From an uncultured Dictyoglomota bacterium (GTDB lineage: Bacteria > Dictyoglomota > Dictyoglomia > Dictyoglomales > Dictyoglomaceae), in the NCBI GenBank assembly GCA_964654465.1, contig CAZZIO010000025.1, positions 1 through 29,213 of the forward strand: a DNA stretch of 29,213 nucleotides, read 5' to 3'. Shown here piece by piece: positions 9,783 to 17,864 of this stretch (within the stretch, counting starts at the first letter, position 1; each line of letters opens with the position of its first letter). A program made the position numbers and the translations under genes. Under the pieces are notes generated by a model, which searched no databases, had not been told where the DNA came from, and saw only the letters and a program-made list of their open reading frames with translations.

Positions 9783-10580
9783 ATGGCCATCATGGAAATT
9801 AATTTTTATTCAAAGATGCTTAAAAGAAGTACAACACTAATGGCTGTATTACCTGTAGATAGATTTGATAGAAGCTTTTCCAAAAACACAGATATTGATT
9901 CAATGAAGACAATATATCTCTTGCATGGATATGCAGGAAATCATATGGATTGGTTATATGGAGCCCAAATAGTAGAATTATCTTTACGTTACAATGTAGC
10001 AATATTTATGCCATCTGGGGAGAATAGTTTTTATTTAGATGATGAGGATAGAGAAGCTTATTACAGTAGATTTATAGGCGAAGAACTAATCGAATTTACA
10101 AGAAATATATTTCCTATACCGGAAAAAAGAGAAAAAACTTTTATTGGAGGATTATCCATGGGAGGATATGGAGCATTGAGAAATGGCCTTGTTTATAATA
10201 ATGTTTTTGGAGGAATAATTGCTCTATCCTCAGCCCTTATAATTAACAAGATATCAGGCATCACTCCCGATTATAATAATGGCATTGCAAGTTATAAATA
10301 CTATAGACACGTATTTGGAGATTTAAATTCCTTAATTGGTAGTGATAAAGATATAACAGCTCTTGCTAAAAGGTTAAAAGAAAAAGGAGAAAGTATTCCC
10401 AAAATATATATGGCCTGCGGAAAAGACGATTTTCTTATTCAAGAAAACAGAGATCTATATAACTCATTAAAACAAGAAGGAATAGATGTAACCTATGTGG
10501 AAGATGATGGTACCCATGACTGGCAATTCTGGAATAAATACATATTCAAGGCTTTAGAATGGATTAATAATAATTTTTAA
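9783..10580 (+). CDS. xynC: Acetyl esterase, alpha/beta hydrolase (XynC-like)
   Basis: YLLHG, GLSMGG nucleophile elbow, CGKDDFL, GTHDW; closely resembles (from memory) the Caldicellulosiruptor xyn-cluster acetyl esterase; AGGAGG RBS. Confidence 0.88.
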   Translation: MAIMEINFYSKMLKRSTTLMAVLPVDRFDRSFSKNTDIDSMKTIYLLHGYAGNHMDWLYGAQIVELSLRYNVAIFMPSGENSFYLDDEDREAYYSRFIGEELIEFTRNIFPIPEKREKTFIGGLSMGGYGALRNGLVYNNVFGGIIALSSALIINKISGITPDYNNGIASYKYYRHVFGDLNSLIGSDKDITALAKRLKEKGESIPKIYMACGKDDFLIQENRDLYNSLKQEGIDVTYVEDDGTHDWQFWNKYIFKALEWINNNF

Positions 10581-10588
10581 AAATTAAT

Positions 10589-11320
10589 TTACATTTTTAC
10601 AGACCTTTTTATCATATCTATCTCTTCTTTTGTTAGCTCTCTGTATTCACCAGGGGCAAGATCTTCGTCAAGTCTCAAAGGTCCTATTCTTACCCTTTTT
10701 AAATATAAAACTTCATGTTTTAACTCAGACATTATATTTTTTATTATGTGATATTTCCCTTCTGTTATAGTAATAAGTATTTCTGACTCTTCTGGGGAGG
10801 TTTTTAAAACTTCCACTTTGAAAGGTTTTGTTTTATACTTCTCCTTTTTTAAATATATTCCTTCCTTTTCATATCTTGAAAAATCAATATCTGATACATC
10901 ACCATCAACAATTACAAAGTATTCTTTTTCTATATTCCACTTAGGATGGGTAATTCTATGAGCCAGTTGTCCATCTGAAGTTATTATAAGAAGTCCTTCT
11001 GTATCAATATCAAGCCTTCCTATAGGAAATAGTTTATCAATCATTGGTTCAGAAGAAAATAAATCCATGACTGTTGGGTATTTTTCATCATAAGCTGCAG
11101 TAATGTATCCCTTTGGTTTATTAAGCATAAAATAAAAATTTTCTTTATACTCTATTTCTTCACCATCAATATTCACTATATCCTTATTGGGATCAATATG
11201 ATATGAAGGGTCGTCTATAACCTCTTCATTTACCTTAACAACTCCTGATTTTATAAGTTTTTGTACTTCCTTTCTACTTCCAAAACCTTGATTTACAAGA
11301 AATCTATCAAGTCTCATCAT
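10589..11320 (-). CDS. rsuA: RsuA-family rRNA pseudouridine synthase
   Basis: N-terminal S4 domain (MRLDRFL), NKPKGY, GRLDIDTEGLL with catalytic Asp, EGKYH, LKRVRIG. Confidence 0.92.
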   Translation of the reverse strand: MMRLDRFLVNQGFGSRKEVQKLIKSGVVKVNEEVIDDPSYHIDPNKDIVNIDGEEIEYKENFYFMLNKPKGYITAAYDEKYPTVMDLFSSEPMIDKLFPIGRLDIDTEGLLIITSDGQLAHRITHPKWNIEKEYFVIVDGDVSDIDFSRYEKEGIYLKKEKYKTKPFKVEVLKTSPEESEILITITEGKYHIIKNIMSELKHEVLYLKRVRIGPLRLDEDLAPGEYRELTKEEIDMIKRSVKM

Positions 11321-11333
11321 CTTTTCTCCTCAA

Positions 11334-11363
11334 AGGGGAAGAAAGAATAAACTTTCTTCCCCT
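11334..11363 (-). terminator. Perfect 12-bp stem-loop after the GH44 gene (weak terminator or mRNA stabiliser)
   Basis: AGGGGAAGAAAG, 6-nt loop, CTTTCTTCCCCT; starts 6 nt after the GH44 stop; only a very short T run follows on the minus strand. Confidence 0.7.
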
Positions 11364-11369
11364 AAATTT

Positions 11370-13031
11370 TTAAAATACAAGATGATAAACGGTTAATTGA
11401 GGCACTTTTAATTCAAAATAGTTATTCTCAATATTACTAATAGTATCTATTTTCTTAATTTCAGGAGACCTATAATCAAATCCATAAATGGTGCAAGATG
11501 TATAAGTATAGTCCCCGCGAATCTTTATCTTAGCAATTCCTTCCTCATCCCACGTTCTATTTATCAAAATAATATGCAACTTATTTTGATCATCTTTGTG
11601 TATAGAGGCATATACAGGCATCTTCTCCACATCTGATGAGTCTGCTTTTACACATATATCCCCATACTTTGAGCCTTTACCATCATAGTTTAGATAGATG
11701 TTATAAGCTGAAGCAGCATAGGAACCACTCTCTGCCCATCTTGTAGCAAGATAAACCCCATATTTTCCAAAAATGCCAAGTACATCTACGAGAGCAATTC
11801 CCCCTGATATATGATCTTTTCCACCATAATCAAATTCTGTAATAGCAAGCTTTGTTCCTGGGAAATAAGTATCTATATCCTCCTTTATTCTTGGAATGAG
11901 AGGCAAAAATTCTGGAAACCATTGATTAATCCAGCTATTCTCACCAGAAGTTATCTGCCCTTTCACAGAAGTTTTATAGGTTGGATCCCAGAGAGTTCTT
12001 GGAGCTTGCATCCTTGCTATACATATATCTTTATCTTCTGCCCCTTCCCCATCGAAACATATTCTAACTCCAGAAGAAGATCTTGCCTCGGGATACCAAT
12101 GAATAGACAAAACATCAAGAAGTCTCTTTCCAAACTGCTCAGAAGCCTCTCTCATTTTCTGCAGATAATAGCTTATAAACCACTTATGATTACCTTTTAC
12201 GTTATTCCAATCTGGCGCATCTTGTAAACTATAAAATCCCATAAAGCCATAAGATTCATAACCAAAAACCAGAGCCTTTGGATCCATTTCTTTTATTACC
12301 TTTGCAAGCTCAATTGATTTTGTAATAAGCTCATTACATGTTACTTTTTGGGGATGAATCCTTGGATGAGTGCTATTCCAAAGATCTGGTTCATTGTCCA
12401 AAAGATATCCTTTTATACCTGTTTGGGAATCTGAATTTCCATATTTTGTTATAAGAAAATTTAGAAGCTCATCTATATAAACAAAATTATCATTAGTATC
12501 AGGATTTAAAGAAAGATTAGATCCCTTTCTAAATTTCACCTCAGCCCACCTTGAAGATGGTGCTGTCTCCTCTTCTGATACAGAACCATTAGCATCTTTT
12601 GCTACATATCCTGCCATCTGAAGAGTAATAAGGCTTATTGCTCCCATCTCTAAGGACTTATCATGAAACTTAGTAAGTACTATGGCAGGCTTATTATAGT
12701 CACTTTGAGGAATCCCCATATGCCATGGTAAGTAATAATCACTACTATGATACCAGTCTGACCCTGCATTAGAAGCATTATTCTCCCAATTATACCCTGT
12801 TAGCCTATTCCCTCCTATCCTTCTTGCTGTAGCTTTGACCCCTTCTATATCCTGATTTACCCCATATATGTAAGGACTTATTTCAGTCCTATCCTGATAA
12901 GGATCTATTGTAATATTACACTCAAAATTTCCTGTTGGCATAACAGTACCGTCATTGGTAGATGATTGTTTTGTACAACCTGCAATAAAAAGAAGAATAA
13001 CAACAAGAAGTATTATTTTTAAATATTCCAT
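11370..13031 (-). CDS. GH44 endoglucanase/xyloglucanase, predicted lipoprotein
   Basis: ISPYIYG, GGNRLTGYNWENNASNAGSDW, LDNEP (acid/base), IHWYPE, AITEFDYGG (nucleophile); lipobox IAGC (Cys19); no separate CBM recognised. Confidence 0.92.
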   Translation of the reverse strand: MEYLKIILLVVILLFIAGCTKQSSTNDGTVMPTGNFECNITIDPYQDRTEISPYIYGVNQDIEGVKATARRIGGNRLTGYNWENNASNAGSDWYHSSDYYLPWHMGIPQSDYNKPAIVLTKFHDKSLEMGAISLITLQMAGYVAKDANGSVSEEETAPSSRWAEVKFRKGSNLSLNPDTNDNFVYIDELLNFLITKYGNSDSQTGIKGYLLDNEPDLWNSTHPRIHPQKVTCNELITKSIELAKVIKEMDPKALVFGYESYGFMGFYSLQDAPDWNNVKGNHKWFISYYLQKMREASEQFGKRLLDVLSIHWYPEARSSSGVRICFDGEGAEDKDICIARMQAPRTLWDPTYKTSVKGQITSGENSWINQWFPEFLPLIPRIKEDIDTYFPGTKLAITEFDYGGKDHISGGIALVDVLGIFGKYGVYLATRWAESGSYAASAYNIYLNYDGKGSKYGDICVKADSSDVEKMPVYASIHKDDQNKLHIILINRTWDEEGIAKIKIRGDYTYTSCTIYGFDYRSPEIKKIDTISNIENNYFELKVPQLTVYHLVF

Positions 13032-13050
13032 AGTTTATCCTTCTCCTTAG

Positions 13051-13491
13051 CTAGAAATAATATCTAAATCCTATTGCTCCATCTACATCCAAATTAGTAG
13101 CAGGCACAAGATTAAGGGTTGGGACTATCTCAAAAAAGAAATCCAAGGTTGTTCCTTTTGGCATAAAAACTATTCCTAAGGGAACTCTCACCCCAAAATT
13201 TGTATTATCCTTTGCAAGTATTCTTAATCCTATACCATAATAAAAAGGCATAGAGCCCGATGTGGGTTTAAATATTCCAAAATTATGGGTTACATAATCG
13301 GCTGAGATATGCAATATATTGGCATCTATACTCCAAGCAATGCCAAAATCAAAAGCATTTACCTTATCTTGCCAAAGTCTCAAAGAGATTCCTGTTGGCT
13401 CACCAGCAATTATACCTACCCCAAAATTTCCTGCATAAGTCACTGAAAACAAGAAAATTAGAGTTGAAACAAATAAGATTAATCTTCTCAC
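13051..13491 (-). CDS. Small outer-membrane beta-barrel protein (DUF3996-like)
   Basis: Start moved to GTG 13491 (GGGAGGTG RBS at 13504-13497); signal peptide ending TYA; GVGIIAGEPTGIS, GVRVPLGI, FFEIVP; C-terminal beta-signal AIGFRYYF. Confidence 0.75.
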   Translation of the reverse strand: MRRLILFVSTLIFLFSVTYAGNFGVGIIAGEPTGISLRLWQDKVNAFDFGIAWSIDANILHISADYVTHNFGIFKPTSGSMPFYYGIGLRILAKDNTNFGVRVPLGIVFMPKGTTLDFFFEIVPTLNLVPATNLDVDGAIGFRYYF

Positions 13492-13536
13492 TATAACACC
13501 TCCCAAATTACATGAGACATATATTTAGTGCTATTT

Positions 13537-13545
13537 ATTATATCA
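13537..13545 (-). promoter_or_regulatory. Extended -10 promoter candidate for the barrel/GH44/rsuA unit
   Basis: Minus strand TGATATAAT (TGn-TATAAT) in the only gap upstream of the unit; no good -35. Confidence 0.45.
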
Positions 13546-13569
13546 TACAGAAATGAAGTCCTCTAAATA

Positions 13570-15786
13570 TTATTCTGTCTGTTCCTTTATTACAATTGCT
13601 GGTGAAATCTTTCCTATTCTTCTTCTACTTAAATATTTAGATAGTATAAAAGCGCCAAAAAGAATAATAAAAGTTAGCCATATATCCTTAAATCCTGCAT
13701 ACATCTTCAATGAGAAGTCAAGATCCCTTAAAGCAACATTAACAATATACTTGATGAATGAACTATATAAAGGAATACCTATTAAAAATCCAAAAAGAAA
13801 AGAAATATTATTAAATCCTAAAAACATGGTACTTAATTCTCCATCTCTAAAACCAAGTATCTTAAATATACTTAATGTCTTTCTATTCTCAGTAATAATA
13901 AGAGAAGAAAGTATATAGATAATAATAAAGGCCATAAAGAAAGACACAATGTACATCATTTGCAATATCTGGTTCACACTTTCAGTAGAATCCTCAAAGG
14001 CTTTCATCAAATCTGATTTGCTCATGGATACAATTAATTCTTCCTCAGGGATATTTAATTTATCAATGGAATATAGCCCAATAAAAGCCCCATCTTCTAA
14101 TCCAAAGGTTTTATTAAATTCTTCAAGATTCATATAACCAGTATTTCCTACAAAAAGATCTACTATTTTTGAAATCTTAAGAGAATATCTCTTCCCATCA
14201 ATTGTATTTATTACCTTTAACATGTCACCTTCTTTTAAATTTAGCTTATCAGCAAGGGCTTGTGATATAACAAACCCTTCTAAATCTACCCTATTTCTTT
14301 TGTTATCTCTTAACACAATTAGTTGGGATTTCTTCTCTATTCCGTAAATTGTAATCCTCGTTTTTGTCCCTTCCTTATAAAAGGATAACATATTGAATCT
14401 TTCAGAATTAGGATATCTATGATCTTTCTGATAGAAATTAAAAACATACATATAGTTATATCTGAAAGTATTTTGAAATGTATCATAAACAAGGTTTGAA
14501 AGAGCTGATCCAGCAGTAATACCATACATTAATATCAAAGCAGAAAAAGCAACACCCAAAATAATTACAATCTCTCTCGAAGGATGAAGAAGAGCATGCT
14601 TTATCATTATTCTAAGCTTAAAAGATAATTTATCTAAAAAACCTATACGAAACTTTACTTTAAATGCCTTTTCTGCTTCTCCTTTTATTATCTCAACTAC
14701 TTTTTTCCTTAATAGATCTCTTATAGCAAAGAATCCAGAAAACCCCATAAAAACTATTGGCAAAAATATACCCACAAAAAGATCTTTTACAGGAAATATC
14801 TTTTCCACAATTGGTACACTAATGAAAGATACATATAAATTTATAAAACTATCAGAATATATATAGCCTAAAATTCCACCTGGAATAGCACCAAAAAGCC
14901 AAATATAAAAAGGAAACATAATATATATCCTTGTAATCTCACCCTTGGTATATCCAAGAGCATAAAGAGTTCCTATCTCCCTATGCATAGAATTAATTAT
15001 TCTTCTCAAAACAATAAAAAGAAGTAAAGAGGAGATTAAAAGAATAGTAAACGCCATAACATATGAAAGAGGTTTTCCACTTTCTACTTTTTTTTCAGTA
15101 ACAATAATTCTCCAATTCTCGTCTTTTTCTTGAAAAGAAATCAAATTATATTTTGAATTTATATCTGCCTTGAAAGAATCTATATCATTGACCTTACCTC
15201 TTACCATGTAATATCTATAAGCTACACTGGAAATAAATTTTTTCATATCTTCCATATTCATTATTCCAACACCAAAATGAGACGGGTCTGGTAAAATATC
15301 AGTTTCATTTTTTGTAATATAGATATAATCAGGGAGAGCCACATATCCAGAAATCTTAAAGGGTATTCCATTTATATTTATAGTATCTCCAATCTTCAAA
15401 TTGTTATTTTGAGAAAAATTGGGATCAATAGCTACTTCTCCTAAACTTGGTATTTTACCTTCCAATATTAATGGATTATTTACCTTCTCAGTAATATTGA
15501 AAAATCTAATGGTTTTATCATCATAATTATAATCAAAATTAAATTTTTCCTCTATCTCCACATTATACTTTTTCTCAATCTCTTCTATATCAATAGGGAA
15601 AAAGGTAATAAAATGAAAATTTTCCTGTTTGTATTTCTCAACAAAATTTTTGTAATTGATGTCCACATTTGTCATAGTTACGCTAAAAATATTGTAGACA
15701 AAAGAGGCAAGAAAAACTAAAAGAATTATTCCTATAAAATGGGATTTATCTCTCCACATTATCCTTAATGGTATTTTATTGAGCAT
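13570..15786 (-). CDS. FtsX/MacB-type ABC permease with two fused halves
   Basis: Two FtsX-type motifs (REIGTLYALGY, LSIFKILGF), two large extracytoplasmic domains; start taken as ATG 15786 (TAATG overlap with the ATPase stop, GAGGAGGTG RBS). Confidence 0.9.
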   Translation of the reverse strand: MLNKIPLRIMWRDKSHFIGIILLVFLASFVYNIFSVTMTNVDINYKNFVEKYKQENFHFITFFPIDIEEIEKKYNVEIEEKFNFDYNYDDKTIRFFNITEKVNNPLILEGKIPSLGEVAIDPNFSQNNNLKIGDTININGIPFKISGYVALPDYIYITKNETDILPDPSHFGVGIMNMEDMKKFISSVAYRYYMVRGKVNDIDSFKADINSKYNLISFQEKDENWRIIVTEKKVESGKPLSYVMAFTILLISSLLLFIVLRRIINSMHREIGTLYALGYTKGEITRIYIMFPFYIWLFGAIPGGILGYIYSDSFINLYVSFISVPIVEKIFPVKDLFVGIFLPIVFMGFSGFFAIRDLLRKKVVEIIKGEAEKAFKVKFRIGFLDKLSFKLRIMIKHALLHPSREIVIILGVAFSALILMYGITAGSALSNLVYDTFQNTFRYNYMYVFNFYQKDHRYPNSERFNMLSFYKEGTKTRITIYGIEKKSQLIVLRDNKRNRVDLEGFVISQALADKLNLKEGDMLKVINTIDGKRYSLKISKIVDLFVGNTGYMNLEEFNKTFGLEDGAFIGLYSIDKLNIPEEELIVSMSKSDLMKAFEDSTESVNQILQMMYIVSFFMAFIIIYILSSLIITENRKTLSIFKILGFRDGELSTMFLGFNNISFLFGFLIGIPLYSSFIKYIVNVALRDLDFSLKMYAGFKDIWLTFIILFGAFILSKYLSRRRIGKISPAIVIKEQTE

Positions 15787-16484
15787 TACCAAACCACCTC
15801 CTCAGCAGAGAGAGGAGTGGCATTATCAACAAATTCAGTAAGTTCTCCACTTCTTAATTTAATAATTTTGTGAGACATTTGAGATATAGCAGTATTATGT
15901 GTAGCTATAATGATGGTAGTTCCATACTTTCTATTAATATCTTCCAAAAGCCTCAAAACTTTCTTTGCATTTTCAAAATCAAGAGCTCCGGTTGGCTCAT
16001 CACACAAAATAATTGCTGGATTTTTTACTACTGCCCTTGCTATAGCAACCCTTTGTTGTTCTCCCCCTGATATTTCAAAAGGGTACTTATCTCTATGTTC
16101 CCACATTCCTACCACTTCTAAGACTTCTTTGGGATCCAATCCATCTTCAGAAAGATACTTAGTAGAGAGTACATTCTCATAAACAGTAAGAGAATTTACA
16201 AGATTATAGAATTGAAAAACAAAACCCAGTTTTCTTCTTCTATAATTTGTTAAAGCTTTATCGTCATATCCTGTTATCTCTTCCCCATCCACTATTACTT
16301 TTCCTTCGTCAGGTCTGTCTATTCCTCCAATTATGTTTAAAAAGGTAGTTTTTCCAGATCCCGAAGGACCAAGTATTACACAAAACTTACCTCTTTCTAA
16401 TGACATATTAATGTTCTTAAGAGCATTTACTTTAAACTTTCCCACTTGATAGACCTTAGAAACATTTTCTACTTGAATAAACAT
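15786..16484 (-). CDS. ABC ATP-binding protein (LolD/MacB-like)
   Basis: GPSGSGKTT, GFVFQFYNL, ISGGEQQRVAIARA, ILCDEPTGALD, ATHN; GGGGAGGT RBS. Confidence 0.95.
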   Translation of the reverse strand: MFIQVENVSKVYQVGKFKVNALKNINMSLERGKFCVILGPSGSGKTTFLNIIGGIDRPDEGKVIVDGEEITGYDDKALTNYRRRKLGFVFQFYNLVNSLTVYENVLSTKYLSEDGLDPKEVLEVVGMWEHRDKYPFEISGGEQQRVAIARAVVKNPAIILCDEPTGALDFENAKKVLRLLEDINRKYGTTIIIATHNTAISQMSHKIIKLRSGELTEFVDNATPLSAEEVVW

Positions 16485-16524
16485 AAAAACCTCCCCTAAA
16501 AATATCCTTACATCCTTTCAATAC

Positions 16525-16554
16525 AATTATGACTAATCAGTCATAATTTGTCAA
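16525..16554 (-). promoter_or_regulatory. Sigma70 promoter with overlapping palindromic operator (probably TetR)
   Basis: TTGACA (16554-16549), 17 nt, CATAAT (16531-16526); perfect inverted repeat AATTATGACT-aatc-AGTCATAATT (16525-16548) covers the spacer and -10. Confidence 0.85.
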
Positions 16555-16561
16555 GATAATT

Positions 16562-17197
16562 TCATTTTTTCTCTATCCCCTCTTTTAAAAGTTTAAGGTA
16601 ATCATTTTCTGTTTTTTTAACATAGTCCTTTGGAAGATCATATACATTTAATCCCTGCAATTTAGCCATCTCAATAAAAAATCTTTTTAACCCCCATGAT
16701 GAAGACTCAATAAAAATTAAAATTAATTCAGGAGAAATATCCTCTCTAATCAATCCAACTTTTTGATTTTTTACAATCAATTCGTAAAGAAAAGATTTAG
16801 TTTTAGTTTTTAAAAATTCTTGTATTTCTTCTTTGTAGGGTGAATCATCATAAAAAGCAGTTTTTTCAAGAAGCATGTATTCATAAGGATGTTCTTTAAT
16901 AAACTTCCATGTATCTTCAAAAGATTTTTCCACATATTCAAAAAGACTAATCTTTTCAAAATCATATCTGCCTGCAACTTCTAATATCTTTTTTGCTGAC
17001 TCTTCTATAACATAAAAATACATATCTTTTTTATTCTCAAAATATAGATACATACTTCCTTTTGCCACTTTACATTCTCTTGATACATCTTCAATATCTA
17101 CCTTACTATAAGGCCTTGTGGCAAAATATTTTATAAGCGTGTCTGTTATTTTCTTTCTTTTTTCTTCAGGCAAATTAAAAAAGGTCTTCCTTGGCAC
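16562..17197 (-). CDS. TetR/AcrR family transcriptional regulator
   Basis: MPRKTFFNLPEEKRKKI N-terminus and HTH VAKGSMYLYFENKKDMY; GTG start. Confidence 0.92.
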   Translation of the reverse strand: MPRKTFFNLPEEKRKKITDTLIKYFATRPYSKVDIEDVSRECKVAKGSMYLYFENKKDMYFYVIEESAKKILEVAGRYDFEKISLFEYVEKSFEDTWKFIKEHPYEYMLLEKTAFYDDSPYKEEIQEFLKTKTKSFLYELIVKNQKVGLIREDISPELILIFIESSSWGLKRFFIEMAKLQGLNVYDLPKDYVKKTENDYLKLLKEGIEKK

Positions 17198-17241
17198 TAC
17201 CTTTTCTCCCTATTTTTAAAACTACCCAAAATATCAAATTT

Positions 17242-17847
17242 TTACTTTACAGGAAGATAATTTATCTGTGATCCTACTACAATTTTCCCCTTTTCAATCA
17301 TTAATACTGGTATAGTCTCTATCTTAATCATTTTAATACTGCCATCAGGCATACTTACTGATACCATTGATTCAAAAGGTTTTGGCCCTGGAAAGGAGAA
17401 GGCAATTTGATATATCTTAGTTATATCGACTTCTCCTACTTTAACTTTCTTCCCAAGAATACTAAAAGCTACTTCAAAAGCTACTTTTTCTACTTTAATA
17501 TAAATCCTATTCTCATTCAATAAATACTTTACCGAAACTTCTCCGTAGGCAGGTGTAGTATAGCTCACAGAAGGAAACTTTATAGATACAGAAACATCAG
17601 CTTCAAATCTTGCCTTGTTGTCATCTAAAATTATTCTTGGATTTTTAACAATCCAGGTATACTCACTTTTAATCCCAGAAACATTAAAGCTCTCAGTTCT
17701 TTTTATCTCTCCAATTGCAGACAAAAATTTATTTAGAGTTTCTTGAGATATAACTATACTTGCATCAGCTTCATTTTGAGAAAAGGAGAAAACAGATATC
17801 AAGGTAAGTATAAATATAGATAGTAAAATTATTTTTAAACTTTTCAT
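17242..17847 (-). CDS. Secreted/periplasmic hypothetical protein (beta-rich)
   Basis: AGGAGG RBS; signal peptide MKSLKIILLSIFILTLISVFSFS; no family motif I can name securely. Confidence 0.75.
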   Translation of the reverse strand: MKSLKIILLSIFILTLISVFSFSQNEADASIVISQETLNKFLSAIGEIKRTESFNVSGIKSEYTWIVKNPRIILDDNKARFEADVSVSIKFPSVSYTTPAYGEVSVKYLLNENRIYIKVEKVAFEVAFSILGKKVKVGEVDITKIYQIAFSFPGPKPFESMVSVSMPDGSIKMIKIETIPVLMIEKGKIVVGSQINYLPVK

Positions 17848-17864
17848 TTTTATTCCAACCTCCT

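Noticed and set aside
10571..10586. Perfect 16-bp palindrome TAATTTTTAAAAATTA at the esterase/rsuA junction
   Set aside because: A/T only, so too weak as a hairpin and likely by chance in this composition.
16050..16075. ABC signature ISGGE instead of LSGGQ
   Set aside because: SGGEQQR is common in LolD/MacB-type ATPases and L to I is conservative; other motifs are intact.
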